Below, piece by piece: positions 63,601 to 64,000 of a stretch of 64,000 nucleotides of DNA. Within the stretch, counting starts at the first letter, position 1. Each line of letters starts with the position of its first letter. The notes beneath the pieces are model-generated. The model saw only the letters and a list, made by a program, of their open reading frames with translations, searched no databases and was not told the origin of the DNA. Made by a program: the position numbers and the translations under genes. The DNA is taken from positions 62,001 through 126,000 of the forward strand of contig JAHLTZ010000034.1 of NCBI GenBank assembly GCA_025786725.1, given 5' to 3'. Origin of the DNA: Syncephalis fuscata S228. Taxonomy: Eukaryota; Fungi; Zoopagomycota.

Positions 63601-64000
63601 AATGAATAAAGCAAATAAATAATATGCAATAAAGCGTGTCAACTAAAGATTCACGTTCCAATTGACAGGATACTATGCGTGGAAAGAGTCGTGAGCTATC
63701 ATGGCTATAGCTCTTTTCTATGTCTACTAGTTAGACTTGTGTCAAGTGTTAATTACTAGTTGTTTTGGTACAGATACAATTATTTGATGTGTTATTTACT
63801 GAACAGTAATTGGTAGCACTACACATCATTACCAAAAATTTAATAAAAAATGTAACATTTGTCTTTATTTTACTCAATAATTCAGTATGCGTTTTATACT
63901 GCACTCACAGCAAACAGGGACTTTTCTCCACAAAACAATAACGTTAAAAAAAGTGCCGTTTAAAGCAATATCACAGCTACAATACTGTCGATCCTTATCT

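Noticed and set aside
1-64000. CRISPR arrays, tRNA or rRNA genes, intact transposases
   Set aside because: No repeat-spacer periodicity, cloverleaf or rRNA signature, or intact transposase ORF was seen by eye

Overview
Intron-rich, AT-rich eukaryotic DNA from an early-diverging fungus (inference: Zoopagomycota-like, possibly Syncephalis; not verifiable here). It carries about 21 protein genes: mitochondrial Hsp70 (3' part), Svp26/TEX261, tubulin cofactor E, MOCS2A, Nit1, CWF19L1, a small hypothetical, Vps33, Seh1, a SNF2 helicase, a CE4 deacetylase, asparaginase-ankyrin, a kelch-TM-pseudokinase, Skp1, an acyl-CoA carboxylase beta subunit, pyroglutamyl peptidase I, a PSP1 protein, Rpl3, Vma10, Sos7, Ssn6/Cyc8 and Srp19/Sec65. 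It also has an SRP RNA gene and a broken subtilisin. The most notable signals are invisible in the ORF track. (1) Two different decayed Fanzor/TnpB-type RNA-guided nuclease genes (27959-28171 and 44529-45120, minus strand); one contains a spliceosomal intron and both are followed by stem-loops where an omegaRNA would lie. (2) A near-perfect ~379-bp inverted repeat. (3) A U12-type AT-AC intron in VPS33. (4) At least four GC-AG introns. (5) A receptor-like kelch-TM-pseudokinase. (6) An SRP RNA with an unusual 5' domain and helix-8 loop. Many conserved genes show single-base frameshifts in homopolymers that are most likely assembly errors. All family calls come from manual translation and motif recognition; no searches were run.
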